The notes beneath the pieces are model-generated. The model did no database searches. It was not told the DNA's origin and saw nothing but the letters and a program-made list of their open reading frames with translations. Of a stretch of DNA of 64,000 bases, positions 9,692 through 24,400 are shown in pieces. Source of the stretch: a virus; the IMG/VR virus record IMGVR_UViG_3300030060_004280, positions 32,001 to 96,000 of that record. The stretch is one strand, 5' to 3'. The stretch's first letter is position 1, and each line of letters starts with the position of its first letter. Made by a program: the position numbers and the translations under genes.

Positions 9692-10039
9692 TTAATCCAA
9701 CTCCAATATGAATGAGAAACGCACTTCATTCTGTGCGCTCTTATTGAATCCATTTATATCTGCGCGATAAACAGGCACAAACTCACCCGTCGATGGGTCT
9801 TTGTATTGCAAATATATTTCTTTAATAGGTGAAGAATAAACATGCGAAGTGTTGAAACTGCCTTCAACCAATACGCTGTTATCATCAATAATAGTAACGG
9901 TAGGTGACACCCGCGCTAAGGTTCGTGCGCCTCCATCATCGGCTGATGCTACCGTTCCATCACTACCTATGTGTAATTCATTCACAAGCCCTGCAAGAGT
10001 TTCAACAAGTCTTCTCTTGATGCTGTTTAGTATCGGCAT
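9692..10039 (-). CDS. small tail/baseplate protein (fibre attachment type)
   Basis: 'LHIGSDGT..IKEIYL..FNKSAQNEVRF' pattern resembles tail-fibre attachment domains; lies between hub and fibre. Confidence 0.55.
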   Translation of the reverse strand: MPILNSIKRRLVETLAGLVNELHIGSDGTVASADDGGARTLARVSPTVTIIDDNSVLVEGSFNTSHVYSSPIKEIYLQYKDPSTGEFVPVYRADINGFNKSAQNEVRFSFILELD

Positions 10040-10626
10040 TATGCTACCCTCCGCGCTACAAAGTCATCTCCATCATAAATTAATCTATTATCGTCATAAT
10101 CAACAGGCACTACATGTTCTAAGTGTTCCGGTAAGATTCTCTTGCGGGATATTTGAGGGCGAGTGTGCCATTTCACCTTATCTCGCCCTTGTGCAAACTC
10201 TTTATCTTCTGTTATTTTACCTGCCGGTCGAGTCTTGATGCCTATTATCGCTTTTCTATCTCTTCTTTCATCATCTGTCACTCCACCCCAAGTGTCTTTG
10301 AACCATTCACCCGCTAAAAGAGGATTACCTTGAGTGGACCATTCGCCATGTTCTTCTGCCAAGTCAGCCCATTGTTTATTCGACAATTTGTTTCTTCCGA
10401 AACTCCATATAGCGGGGTCTGTTGAACCTGTGTATCTATCAAGTATATTTTTATCTTGCAGGGAAGAAGGTGCGCGAGGCTCTATGCCCTCCATTAATGT
10501 CTGTTGAACTGCACTCATTGGAATTGTTCTGTATGCTTGAAATTGGTTGTCATCTTGACTGAATGGCCTTACCCTCATAGCATCGTCACCCTTGAGAAAT
10601 ACCCAAGCGATTTCTATTGGTGACAT
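10039..10626 (-). CDS. AWxxLK-tagged protein, possible ADP-ribosyltransferase-fold domain
   Basis: Leader 'MSPIEIAWVFLKG'. 'QAYRTIPMSAVQQTLMEGIEPR' and C-terminal 'RILPEHL' resemble Tpt1/ART-like signatures. Confidence 0.4.
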   Translation of the reverse strand: MSPIEIAWVFLKGDDAMRVRPFSQDDNQFQAYRTIPMSAVQQTLMEGIEPRAPSSLQDKNILDRYTGSTDPAIWSFGRNKLSNKQWADLAEEHGEWSTQGNPLLAGEWFKDTWGGVTDDERRDRKAIIGIKTRPAGKITEDKEFAQGRDKVKWHTRPQISRKRILPEHLEHVVPVDYDDNRLIYDGDDFVARRVA

Positions 10627-12407
10627 TACAATCTTCTCCTTTGTTTTAACGCTTTGACTGTGCCTATTTCATGACCTCTTGCTCTCAACGATTTGACTTC
10701 AAATGGACCCGAAGGTATAGTTCCGCCACTTGGCGCTACTACACTAATGCCCGTAAAGGTAGTGGGTGTTTTGCCGGTATATACTATGGTAATTGAATCA
10801 TTAATGATTAACAATCCCTCCGTTTCATAAAATCCTGTTGTGCCGTTACCGGATATAGTTGTTAATGTATTTGTTCCGCTTGAATACACTCCGGTTCTTC
10901 TTTGCGTATAACCGCTACCGATAGCGCTACGAGTGGTGTTATTCGCATCGGTGTTTCTATGACCGATGATAAACCCTGCGTGGATTTCGCCGCGCACATT
11001 GTTTGGTGTTATACTTTCACCCTCGACTGTAAGTGTTCTATCTTTGAACGATGATACCCTGCGCACTTCGATATACATTTTAGATTTAATTTGAGCGCGA
11101 CCAATACCTGTCTTGTTAAGTTGCACGATTTGGCTTGACCTATCCGGCTCTTTTGTTTCAGCACTCATATCTGCATCGTCAGCAAACGCGTTAATGACAC
11201 CTTCAAGTCCACTTTCATAAGAAGCGAATTGAAACTCCGACTCTCCGCTTTGAGTATGTTCGACCTCAATAATAGCCATCTTTTCGTCAACTACACCTAC
11301 TGCTGATTGCGTGTATGATGCAACTTCTCCCGGCTGTAAATCCCAAGAGCGAGCATGTCTTTTTGATTTAAGCGCACCTTGCGCTTTTCGATTTAATCTC
11401 AACAACTGATTCGCTGAACGCCTTGCTTGTATTTCATCTTTGGCTGTTGGCACTTTAACCTTCATTTGTCGAATACTACCTTCTTTCTTTTGTGCTTCAA
11501 CATCATCCACCATCGAGCGTATTGTATCGTTTAGCGCAAATGCCTCACCTTCAACAACTATTCTATTTGCGGCGGCAACAATAGGGTCTGTTGAAGCGCC
11601 TCCTGCGCCTCTTCTTTGTCCTATTTCTCTATCAGTAATTTTGAATAATTTAGGAGAGTAAATGAAATTACCAAACCTGTCATGAAAAATACTGTAATGG
11701 TCGTATCTTGCTATTGCGCGAACTGCACTTGGTATTGGTGTTGAATAGAAATCTTTCGCTACAAATGTGTTACTGTGTCGGTTTCTCATATTGTCGCCAC
11801 TAATCGAGTTACTGTTAGTGATAGGCATTCCTACTCCAATACTATTCAAACCGTGTAAAGAGCCTTTGAATAATCTTTGAACAAGGTCTGTTGTTCTTAA
11901 CCCAACCGACAAAACCTGTGCCATTCTAACATGAGTTGTGTCACCCATGTCGAAATCTTTGAGTTTTTTACCGCGCATATTTGTAAGGACTACTTCAACA
12001 CCATAGGTTGATGAGATGATTCTATCCGCTTTCAATCTAAGATTATCGTCATCTGCGTCTATGAGAAGCGGAGCGAATGATGATGTTGGTGATAACAACT
12101 GTCCGTTATGGAAAGGTGCAGACTTTCTGTTTGTGTGCGCGACTCTAATACCGGATTCTTGTTCTGCGATAATGTATTTGCGCTGATGAGTTGGCATAAA
12201 ATCTGTTTGAGTTGGAGGTTTAATTTTTAATTTATTTAGTTTTACATCCCCAATAGATGATATTTCGTATATGCCATGATGAACTGCGTTATCAACAAAC
12301 TTAGGTTCTTCTATACGCGAGCCAATTTCGTTATGAATAGAGTCGCTTCTGCCGGTAGGTCTTGCAACATATGTCGCGTTAGCAGGAGCAGGTATAGTGT
12401 AAGTCAT
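10626..12407 (-). CDS. baseplate hub / tail-tip protein
   Basis: 'ANRIVVEG...EIQARRSANQLL...DLQPGEVA..IIEVEHT' resembles hub (gp27/Tal-like) domains; position after the giant tail protein. Confidence 0.6.
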   Translation of the reverse strand: MTYTIPAPANATYVARPTGRSDSIHNEIGSRIEEPKFVDNAVHHGIYEISSIGDVKLNKLKIKPPTQTDFMPTHQRKYIIAEQESGIRVAHTNRKSAPFHNGQLLSPTSSFAPLLIDADDDNLRLKADRIISSTYGVEVVLTNMRGKKLKDFDMGDTTHVRMAQVLSVGLRTTDLVQRLFKGSLHGLNSIGVGMPITNSNSISGDNMRNRHSNTFVAKDFYSTPIPSAVRAIARYDHYSIFHDRFGNFIYSPKLFKITDREIGQRRGAGGASTDPIVAAANRIVVEGEAFALNDTIRSMVDDVEAQKKEGSIRQMKVKVPTAKDEIQARRSANQLLRLNRKAQGALKSKRHARSWDLQPGEVASYTQSAVGVVDEKMAIIEVEHTQSGESEFQFASYESGLEGVINAFADDADMSAETKEPDRSSQIVQLNKTGIGRAQIKSKMYIEVRRVSSFKDRTLTVEGESITPNNVRGEIHAGFIIGHRNTDANNTTRSAIGSGYTQRRTGVYSSGTNTLTTISGNGTTGFYETEGLLIINDSITIVYTGKTPTTFTGISVVAPSGGTIPSGPFEVKSLRARGHEIGTVKALKQRRRL

Positions 12408-12412
12408 GTCAA

Positions 12413-15400
12413 TCAGTCCAATTCGTTATCGGTTCTATTACTTTCGCTTGTGTGAAGTGCTGTGTTTTGTTTATCACCGGGATAGAGAAGTTGTGTAAAT
12501 CGCGGTTGAATTGAATAGTTGTCACTCAAGAATATTTCATCATCTTCTTTGACCGATTGCCTTCTGCTTGCATCTCCACGATAGTGTTGTAGCGTATTAG
12601 AACTTACAGTCATTCTTGCAACAGGTTGCTTGAGTGAAAGCGTAAAAGATGGTGCTTCAAAACCGGGTAACTTCGGACCAAAACTTAGAGGGGTAGTTTC
12701 CGAACCGGCCACATCAAACAAATACACCGGAGGATAAGGAGCATTAGTTGGTGAAGGGTTGGTAGCGCGTAGGAAAGTTGTTTCTGCAAGATTGGCTTTT
12801 GCGTTAGGAGCATCGTAAGTAAAGATACCATATCGCCCTGCGGCTGTTGCGCTTCTAAAGTTGCCTTTATCTGTGCGGAAAATCTCAATGTGCTTATGGT
12901 CGAGAACGCGAACAGGTTTTACCAAGAACTTAATTGATTTATCAATTACATTTGTTTTTGTTGATATAGGGTTATTTGCTGTCGTTTGGTAAGGATTGCT
13001 ACTTCTATTGTTTGCATCTGCACCTGCGCGACCCCATCCTAAATCGCTGATTGGGTCTATGTAAGAAGATACTTCAAGAATGTAAGAGCCGCCAATTACA
13101 GGAATACCATGCGTTTGTCCGAATCTCATTACTTGTTTATTGGTTGACATATTCATCGCTGTCATATCGTAATCGCTAAGAGTTCGGTCAGTTGTTTTCA
13201 CTCCACCTGCTAATATGAAGCGTTGTCCTACCGCGCGGTCGGTATGTAGGCTTACTGCTTCTGTTCCAATGATACCATATTTTTTATCGGTAGTTCCAAT
13301 GATAGGCGCATCCAATCCTATTCTCGGTGCAGTTCTTGATATTGGCTCTTGGATAGATTCATTAGCGGGTAAGAATCCTGTTTCTGTTGTTGCTGTGTTT
13401 GAACCCATAGTGGCAGAAGGTTTAATCAATCCATCATCGCTTGATATTTCTAATCTATTACTGATACCGCGAGGCACTTCATAATTTTGTAAAGTGTCAT
13501 TTGATGCGCGAATGTAACCGCTTGTGAAAGGTGGTTCGGATGTATGATGAGAGAGAACCAAACCTGTCGGTCGTAACGGGGTGTCGACTGATTGTAGCAA
13601 GTCCTCATTAAATACGGTAGGCCATCGCGCACCTCGTCCATCGCCTCTATCACCGACCCTCTTTGCTGTTGCGGGATTATAGAAATCATTTACTGCTAAC
13701 GCCGCACCAATGTTTGACCTTTGCGCTATCATTGCTTCATCACTTACGGTTCTATCAGTTGAATGATATGCGTCTTCCGGGTCCCACGATGGGCGAATAC
13801 CAAATCCGCGAACAGGGAAACGACGCACTTCTTCTCCGGTAGTGTTACCCCACCAATCAACCATGTAATGCGCTTGAGCAAGCGCAAGACTGACTCTTTG
13901 ATTGACAACATCTGTGCCTTCAAGACCTGCCGGTGTGTCTGCGTGAAATAATCTAAATCCTGTTGTTGGATTAACAATATTTCGTAAAGCGCAACCAAAC
14001 GATTTTGTCATTCTGCGACCTTGACTGTATCTTACTTGCTGTCCCTTCAAATCGCTACCAATCAGCGCGCTTGCATTAGTGTGACGCTCAAGTATGCCTG
14101 TGTATGAAGCGGTATATGGTGCTTCACTAACTCCCGACGCGCTATCCGATTCAGTAAATGTGCTACCCGACCCTGTTTCTTGAGATACAAACGGACCATC
14201 AAGGTTAAAGTGATAAGAAGCGTAAGGGTCACGCAATCCTTGACCTCCTTTGATAGCCCATTTAGGTCGGTTGTAAGGTTGTCTAACTGATACACGATAA
14301 CCTACACCAACACGGCGTTTTGTTTCAACACCGACAATAGAATCAGTAAGTGATGTTGGGTCTGTTTCTGCAATAATGAAACCTTGCTCATTCCCGCTAA
14401 TTTGTATTGTTCCATCTTTACCACCCCACCCAATACAAGCAGTTCCGTATAATGTCAAATCGCTCATTTGCGCGCCAAAGCGATGACCTCCCGGCCAAAA
14501 TGCACCGTAATGATATTGTCGCGGAGAACTCATTGAATCTGTTCCTGCTTGATGTGGATAGTTAGCCGCGTCAGTCCAAGTGTTAACTAACGCATCACCC
14601 GGACCATCCCAAGCGCGCATACGGAACTTGAATGGTCCATCACTCATAGCGTATATGAAATCTTGATAGTGAACAGTTTCAAAGTGTTCCGGTAAATGAT
14701 TGTATGGGGCATGGTCGTAAGAAGGATTATTTGCGCTTGCCCTGTTACTTGTTGAGTCCGAGAACCATGTCATTGGGCGACCAAGATTGTAATGCCATAA
14801 ACAAAGATACGCGTCTGCTGTATGTGCTGAATTAGTATCGCGTGTTCCTGTAAGTAGTTGAGGTAAGTTACGAGTAGCAACACTTCTATCGGATTTGCTA
14901 TACACTTCTCCTTCAAGTATAGTAGCGGATGGTCCGGTAAGACGAACAGTTTGATTTTCTGCAAGTTTGCTCCAAACATAAGGTGTAGCAACTACGCCCA
15001 CGAAAACAGTTGTATTCTCTCCTGCATCGGGGTCACTAATGTAACCACGATTAGTATATGAAATGTGATATACAACACCATCTGTGCCTTCAATTGCTAA
15101 TTTATGGTTCTTGTAATCCGAACCAACAAGCGGGAATAACGCATTGTTGTCGACATACAATTTAGTCCCCGATTGGTCGACTCTCTTGATAACACATGTC
15201 GGTGTTAATGAGGTAAGATATTCAGTATAAACATCAAGATAATGAGTTGGATAACCTGTCATAGTCAGTTGAGAGCCAACACCGCCGAGAGTTGCGCGAC
15301 AAAACAAGTAGTAGTCATCGGGATGGTAATATGAAGTTTGCATCCATTTGTTACCCGAAAACACAGTTGATTGGTCGTAAGCGACAGACCACCACGGAAC

Positions 15401-18400
15401 AGTAATAGTTGGACCCGGAGTTGTTCTTCGGAACATATTTGGGTGATATGGCAAACTACGACGCGTGAATGCCCCCGATGAAGAAGCGTTTATTCCGAAT
15501 GGATTTTGCAATCCAAGCAAAGGAACATTAGTGAATTGTTCGCGTGTCGATGGGTCTATGTCAAGCATTAACTCATTCAAATATATTTCACAACCGCGCA
15601 CATCTGCCATTGTTGCTTCGGAAAGAATAAGGTCGTATCGGTGTGAAACTCCGTCCCATTGTAGCGATACAACAGTTGCTATAAGTTGGTCTGTAAGTAA
15701 TGGCTTTGTTGTTTGCGCAACGCCCGATGAATCAACAGGTGCATTTGTTGAACCAAATACTGTGTTAGCGCTATTACCCATTACTTGTTGACTGAATAGA
15801 TTTGGTTGAATTACAATTTGATATGCTCCAACTTCTAACGGGTCGGGGAAGTTCCATGATGTATTGTAATTTGTTCCTATTTCAAGCGCGATTTTATGTC
15901 CTCCTACCGCATTACATTCTGCGCTATCATCAGCAATACCATAACCATCAAATCGGATTTTAGTTTCTGTCATTAAAGTAAAACCGTCGCCATGAATATC
16001 GCTTGGTGGGTGCGGAGAAGTCACTCCCGAAAACCACACAAGAGTATCAGCATGTTGTTCGACATTCGCATATCCTGCCGCTTCTTCTGCTGATATTGTT
16101 GAGCCGTTACACATATTATTGCTTGCTGTTATTTGACGATAAGTTGGATGAGCCAAGTGACCGGGCATGATAGCCATAGTTGGTGTAACATAATGGTGTC
16201 CCATTCGCGGTAATGGCATTGGTGTAAGTTTGTTAGCCGCCCGAACAGCAGTAGCGGGGCTTGCGCTATTAGCAACACCCGCCCAATCAGTAAGCGGTTT
16301 GTCGGGACTGTTACCACTAACTTCTGCATGGTCGCGCAATCTGCGAGCCGCAAAGTGTCGTGTTGTTCCTGCGGGAATGTAGTAAGATGGTTTGATTGTA
16401 TCTCCTGCAATTGCTGTAAAGTCCGGTGCATAGACCACATTGTTCAAAACAGCAAAATCTCCATCATTGACATAACTTTCAAATGTAGCAATTGTTCCAT
16501 TTACAGACAAAAAGTATCGTCCATCGCGAGTAGGGTTTTGCAACCATGCTTGCGGCACAGTAATTTGCTCGTTGCATTTCAAAAAATTGCTACCTATCGT
16601 ATGAACGGTCAATGGATTGTGAGTCATTACACCATTTACAATACCAAGTGGTTCGCGTTCGGTGTGTGAATAACCCATCTTTGTGATGTGGAAATACAAT
16701 GCGCGGTCATGAGGTTCATATGCGGTCTTTAACAAGTTATCTTCATCAAGACCAAATTGACTATCGGGGAATGTATTAGGGTTGTTACTGATGCGCTCAT
16801 AACCTAATTGCTCCCAATAAGGCGCTGTGGTTGGTGTTTTACCGTCGTTTGTAAATGCATTTAATACTGATGCGCTTGGTTGTGCAGGATGTTGTAATCC
16901 ACCATCTCCCATTGTTTCATTTTGATACGCTTGTAATCTATCAAAACCACTACGGACAAGAATGTTTGAAGGTATTTCATCATGGTTTGGTAATTGTATT
17001 TTCATATTAGGCGCTAAGCCGGAATTAGTAAGCGCAGGTGATAATCCCGAACTTTCTCTATCGCTTACTAATTTGTAATCGCGAATAACAACACCAAGCG
17101 GAGAACCACCTGCAAGAGTATGAGTTTGTCCTGTATCATCAACAACAACCATCTGTTCAAATTGCAACTCTTCATTTGGTATTGCTAAAGCGTTTCTTAT
17201 TTCATACGGATATTGTTGCGCTAATGAAGGGTGTGCTAATTCTTGTGCTTGCACGATAGGGAACATTACATTGTTAGTTGTTTCAAATGAAAAGCGCGTA
17301 TTACCGTAAATGGTTTCTCCGAACTTGACATAGTTGCCTCCAACTTTATGCACTTGCCACGGTATAGCGCCAAGACCGCGAGCGTTAGGTGCAGGTAAAG
17401 ATAAGTTACCACCACTCATTCTCTTCCATACTACATGTTCGACAAAGAAGTTTCGCGCGGCTGAACGACCTACGGGATAATTCAAAACATCAGCAAGGTG
17501 GTCCCCATATGAAGTGTAACCTGTGTTTTGATTGACAAGTCTTTTATTATCAAATAATACTTCGCCTGTATCGCCAATACTATAATTCTTCAAACCGGGA
17601 TTGTGGTCTGCATCATAAAATAAATCACCTGTTGGGAATAGGCAAGTTTCCATTTGGAATAATGATGCTTGTGTTGATTGACTTGTTTGTGCAAGAGGCG
17701 CACCGTCAGTAGGAATAGTTGATGTTGATTCGTGCAACGCTTCGACATGAGGACCTGCATTTGATTCAGCATTGTATCGGTCATTGTTGAATCTTTCATT
17801 GTGGTATGCAACAACTGTTCCTCCCATATCACTCGACGACCATTTCAAAGACAACATATCGCCACATGTGGATTGACCGTTGCGCGAAGCCTTTGCAATA
17901 ATAGGTAAATCCCCTTCATACGATATAGCAATGTAATGTCTTTGATGAACTCTCGATGTAGCAGGATGCGCTGATACTGTTGGAACTATTTGATAAAGAG
18001 CATTTTCAATTCCTCCGTCAGCAGGAACAATTGTCATTTGAATAGAGTTGACTGTATGACATGATTGAGATGGCCCGTATGGATTAAAGCCCGAAGCGGG
18101 TAACCAAGCGCCTAATCCTGCGGCAACTTTAGGTCCGTTATCTGTAATAGTAAGACTGTTAAGATATGAATAACGCTCACCATGCCAACCAACAGCACCA
18201 ACAGCGCGAGTTCTGTCGATTGCATCTGTGACACCGTTGAAGTGAACTTGCGTTGCCGCTAAGTGGTCGAATACACTAAGAGTTCTATTATGCACTATAT
18301 CTGCTTCGGATGATACCGTTGTTGCTGAATCGCTACGGAGATTAACTGCGGCTGTTTGGAATCCGTTATCCCATCTTAAATTGCCGGATTTAGACCACAC

Positions 18401-21400
18401 ATATACTTGATAACCTCCAAGCGCGGCAGTATTCATTGCCGCTACAACGCTACTTGCTCCTGTTGCTACTGTTGGGTCTTCAAGTTTGTTTGCACCACTT
18501 CGGAAATTGTTGCCTAAGATGAATGCACCATCACTTCTATGAGAATAATATCCATAGAATGCATTTGTTCCATTACTAACGCGCACCCACCCGTTAGCAG
18601 GTAATGTCGAAGGCATTGTGTCGAAAGGATTTGTGGTGTTAAGAGTGATTACACCTTCAACATCATCGTATGAAGTTATTTCTTGATGTAGTTGAACCCA
18701 ACTATATCGGTCTTGTCTTTGCGCATCTTGGAATGAAGGTAAGAAAGAACCACCTATTGCTTTGAGGTTAGCAGGTCCCGGCCATGTATTGATAGCGGCG
18801 GCAACAATAGCGCCTAACTCTTCGCTGTTTTGACAACGAGTAGCGTCTATTACAAATGTGTCAAGTGGTGGTGTAGTGTCCGCATTAGTATCATACCCTG
18901 TTGCTACTGCCGCGCCAACACGGAACATAGTTGCATTGAGTCCTGTTATAATTGGTTGAGAGTTCCATGTAAGTGTTTGCGAACTCGCAACAGTCGCGCC
19001 TGTTGTTGGGTGTGGAGGGTTTTTGCGAATTGTGTTGTCAAACCAAGAGCCACCCGGCGAATATCCTCCGTCAAGATGGAATATTAATCTGTTTATTTTA
19101 TCGGGATTTACGGTGATACCTTTACCGAAGAATCTTGTTAACGCTTGATAATGAGAATATGGATGCGCTGTTGGTGGTGCGGCTGAATCAACAGAAGAAG
19201 GACTACCAAAATGGTTTGATACATTGCGAGAATAATTGAATAATGTTTGATTGTAATTACTATTAGCGAACCCAAGTGGAGTTTCCCAATGTCTAAACGC
19301 TTTACCCGGATATACATTATTTGCACCATAAGCGTCAGTAGGAGGTAATAATTGATTAGCCGCGCTATCAAGAGTTCCGTTATGTAATTCGTTAGGTAGT
19401 AAGTGGCCTGTATCTGTATGAGCCGAGAAAATGAAAGAAGTTGACCCATTTGATACAGCATATGTTTTTGCGGCAACAGTCCATTTACCCGAAGGTTCAG
19501 TTGATGTTTCCATTGATTGACTTTCACCTTTCCAATGCTTAGGTGCGGCTTGCCCCGGACCAAATATAACATACGCTACGCTATTATTGCTATCTGTATA
19601 TCGCGCGTATGGATGTGCAAAGCGTAGTATGATTGGAGAAGGTTTGACAACTTTGACATTTGTGTAAGTTGCACCGACACCTGTATGGCTGTTAGCATTA
19701 CCATCCATATCAGTAGCAAGAATAGCATCTTGATTAGCAAACGGAGGAACTGTTGAGCCGCGCATTTGGTCGCAAAGCGGAGTTCCGGGGAACATAGCAA
19801 ACATAGCGGCAGAATCAAGAAGGGCAAACGACCCCATTTTTTCTCCGATATTCTGCATACCCGCACATCCCGTTGGTCCGCTTGCGTAAGGATGTTCATT
19901 ATGTGTAGTGTAATCAATACGCGCACCATCGTTAATATCCATAGTAGCACCACTAAAACCGCCACCAAAGTAAAGCGGCACACTATGGTCGACACTATCA
20001 TGCGCGCCACGGAAATATGTCAAAGGTTCACCAATAGTGTTACCGGATAACCTCAAACCGCTAAATCGAGCATGGTCGTCTGTTTTGAACTCTTGACTGT
20101 ATATTGTCATGTAATTTGATTTAATACCTTTAGGGTATTGTCCTTGTAGCGGTTCAGTCCAATTCTCCGACCCATCTTCTGTCTTCATTAAGAAGCAATC
20201 TTTAACCGGATATACCAAAATTGATTCATCAGCATAATACAATGTTTTAGGCTCAACCCATGATATATCATGAGCGCCACCAAATGTATCTGTTGCCGCA
20301 GTAGTATGAGTGTAGTTGTCACTTGTCACAGCACCATAGCGATGAGTCCATGCGTATTCACGCCCTAATGGACCCGCACGATAAGTTTGGCCGACCCATC
20401 CATTATTACATCGTATTCTTTGTCGCGGTATTTCTGTTCCATCATCAACAAATACTTTTGCATATCCTGTAATTTCTTGTATAACGACGCGCGCATTATT
20501 AACTTTTGAAACAAGTAATGATGCGTCATTTCCACCACCCGATACTGCGAGTGTTTCACCATTAAGATAATGATTTGTCCCCCAATCCATAATTTCAGCA
20601 ACGCTTGTTATCCCACCATCACCATCGGTGTTAACTTGAATTTGAGCATTTGAACCACTACCGCCTGTTAGTGTGTATGTCACGCTTGAATCATATCCTG
20701 TTCCTGTTGCAACTTCGTTAATTTTTACTTTACCATTAGTGCCTCCGCTAATAGTTAAAATCTGTTCTGCGCTATACCCATTACCTGCTGATACGGGGGT
20801 TTCATCTAATTCTGCGATTACCCCATCTCTAATAATAACGGCTGTTAATTTGAAACCACTACCACTACCGCCTGTGAATGTTATAACATCACCCGTCGCG
20901 TGACCCGAACCTGTGTTTGTAAATAAATAACCATCAACTTGTCCGCCTCCTATTGTGCCTTGAATGAATACTGATGCATCTATACCGCTACCTGTTGATG
21001 ATGATTGAGTAACTGTGTCACCCGATGCGTAACCCGTTCCTGCGTTGTTAATTGCGCTTGTTCCTAATGCACCATTTTTGATAGCAGTTATTTTAACAAC
21101 AGCACCGTTACCGCTACCTCCTGTTGTAGCATGATTTCCAACTGTGTAACCGTAACCTTGATTCAATGCAAGATAACCAAATGGTTTTGAACTAATCAAA
21201 TTAACTTGGCCGCGAACTATAAGAGAGTAATTGTAAATGTATGCGTTATTTCCTATTGAATATGAATGTCCTATTTTTGTTACTTCACCTACACCTCTAA
21301 ATGGATTACCGTATCTAAATCGGCCTCCTTGTCCTTCTTTATCCATAGTAACTTCTGCACCTACACCGGAACCGCTTATGTTTTCAAGTTTGTATTGAAC

Positions 21401-24400
21401 TTCGGTGATATATCCTGTTCCTGCCGACCACGCCGCGTAAAGAGATGTGTGAACTAATCCACCGGATAAAGGAGGCGCTATACCAAATGGTAAATTATCT
21501 AATGCAGGTGTAATGTGGTCGCCTTCAAATCTTGTGAACTTTTCACCGCGCAAATGTTTTTTCCATTCCGATGTATCAACAGGATTATTGTTACTGTCAA
21601 TCAAAATAGGTGTAGCAGTATTAGCATTATGTCCGTAATATTTAGTGTTAATCTGTAAGACAGTCTTAGGTAAATATCCTCCATCAAACATCATACCTGC
21701 GTTTCTTTCTGTTTGTGTTAGTCCTCCCATATGCGGTTGTGGATTACTACCAATAATACTTGCGCGTGGTGCAGTTTGCGAACTTGACGCTTGTATTCCA
21801 TAATCGTGAAGTAAATCAATATTAAACAAATGATGAAGTGGAGTCACTTCTTTCTTTGAATTAAATGCTTTTATTTTGATAGCGGTTTCTGCATTATCGC
21901 CAAGCCATTCACTATATTTTCTGCCATCCGGTGCGTATAAATCACTACAATCAAAGTCTTCTCCATCTTCATTATTGGGGTCAATGGTAAATGCATGGGC
22001 GACAGCCGCCGCCAATAATTCATCAGTAACAATTGTTGTTTGATTAAGATGTGGGCTGATAATAACAGGCGCTTGAGCGTCCGATGAACTCATCGGACCT
22101 TGTTGAGCGACATTGGGGAACATTGCTGATGGTAATGTATTAGCGTCAACTCCTGTTAAACCAAAGAAGCCATGTTCACCATTATACGCGTTATGAGTTC
22201 TTCCTGTGTAATGAAATACTCGACCTACATGAGCCGCACCACTTGCATAATTTGTTGGTCCATCTGCACATGCAACCCATATCAACCCGCTATCGGGGAA
22301 TCCTAACCAACCAAGAACATCTAAATCAGCGCCTTCGGGTAACTCATGCCATATACCCGTATTTTGATTGCCTACCCCTGTTGGGTTACTGTTTGGTCCA
22401 CCGTCTTTTGTCAACCATAATGAATTAGGGTATGCGAAACCGGATAAAATACCCAAACTGTCAACTTTAACTTGCGCGTTTGTTCCTTCTAAGCCAAGAA
22501 TATCATCTTTAGCGTAACCGCTACCCGCCGATACTATTGCTGATATACCGTTAACTACCCCTCCGCCGCTTACTGTAACAGTTATTGATGCACCGCTACC
22601 TTGATTTGCACCGCTTATGTTGACTAAGTTGTATGTTCCTGCCGCTATTCCCGACCCTGTTACATGTATTGATAATTGAGCAGTATTTGTAATACCGCTT
22701 GTTCTTTCAAACATTTTACTATCTTTGACGGTAACAGCATAACCTGTGTTATGCGTTCTAATTCCACGCCATGTGTTACCTCTCCACGCTCTCACGCTTG
22801 ATGATGAAACAGAAACTTGATTTTCAACCGGAGTTCCCGACCCTCCAACCCCCCACATTCTATTACCGAGAGTGAATCCACCTTGCGCTACATCGCGGTC
22901 GTCAATGTAAATTACAATCTCTTCATCTATGGTTGGTGGTAATTTAGTATTTTTATGTGTAAATGATTCTCCGCATGTTCTATACACCATACGAATGATG
23001 TGATTTTTTCCACGATGGTCTGTTATCTTAAACCCATACAAAGGTGCATTACCAATAGCGTCATCAGTAGCGTCTGTGTGAGGAACATAAGAATCATAAA
23101 TAGAATATAATGCATTTCCTGTGCCTACATGACTACCGTATATTTTTTGGAATCTTGAAGTTGAATCACCTTCTGCACCGAAGCCCCATTTACCTGCGTC
23201 CGGCGCAAATCCCGGCACACCGGATGCAACAAGTCCACCAAAGTTAATTCTGCCAACTGCGCGTGTTCCTGTTTGTAATCCTTCACGAACAGTCATTTTT
23301 GAATTACCATCTTCAAATGACTCCATATTAATAGTGTTAGAGTTTCGACCTGTTGTTGCTTCTGTGTTTGGTGTGCCGCCACCGTTAGGACTTGATTCTC
23401 CGACGCTATTTGTGTTGTAATTTACATCGTAGCCAAGATTTTGTGAATTGGTTACATCTCCTAATTCTTCATCAAGAGATACATATTCGCGCAAAGTAGT
23501 TATTGGCGCAAACGGTTTTCCATTTTTATCAATAGGCATTGGTGCAGGATGCATATTTTCTCCTGCTATATCGGGCGGAGCGCAGTAATAATTACGGAAT
23601 CGACCACCGTGACCTACTAAGTATTGAGGTCGATATTCCGATTGACCTTTGCTATTATCGAGCCATACGCAGAAATTGCGTCCACTTGCACCCGGAACTG
23701 TGCTATGAATTACGATACTATATCCTTCATTACCGTCAATGTCTTCAACAACTCGACCTATATGTGCGCGTAAATAACCCATATGTGAACCACGATTATA
23801 AGAGGTAAATGCGCTATCATCCCAAAACGGAGAAGGGTCGTGAGTTCCACCTGTGGTTGCAAAATCAGCGTGATGATGAGCAGAAGTTGGGTCGCTTGGC
23901 TCAAATGTATCATCACCGCTTGCTGATACAGCGCGTCGGTTAATGTCGAACCTTTCTCCTTCTGCGGCATATTGGTCGGATGGTCTTCTTTGACTACTTC
24001 TGCCGTTGATTGCTCCTGCTTGATTAATCAACCTTACAACTTCTTTAGCGGCGGCTTCTATATCAGTTACACCATCTTTGATACCAACTTCACCGAAATC
24101 AATAGTGAGTCTTCTTGCGAAGTCCATAGCATACCAATGAGGTAAATGTTGTAGCGCGGGTTCATAATGTGAAGCGAGATTTAAGTTACTACCGCGCTTA
24201 CCTTTCATGCATAAGAAAGCAGGTATCACTCTTGTCCCATCCGGTGTATCGAAAAATGTTGAATTGAAATTGTAAGCATCTGCCGCATTACTTCTTATTT
24301 TTGCTGATTCTTCCGCTAACATATTTTCAGCATGGCGAATATTCGCCGCGCTAACATCAACTGAACTTGGCTCAACTCGGTCATGTTCTGTTGAAGTTAT

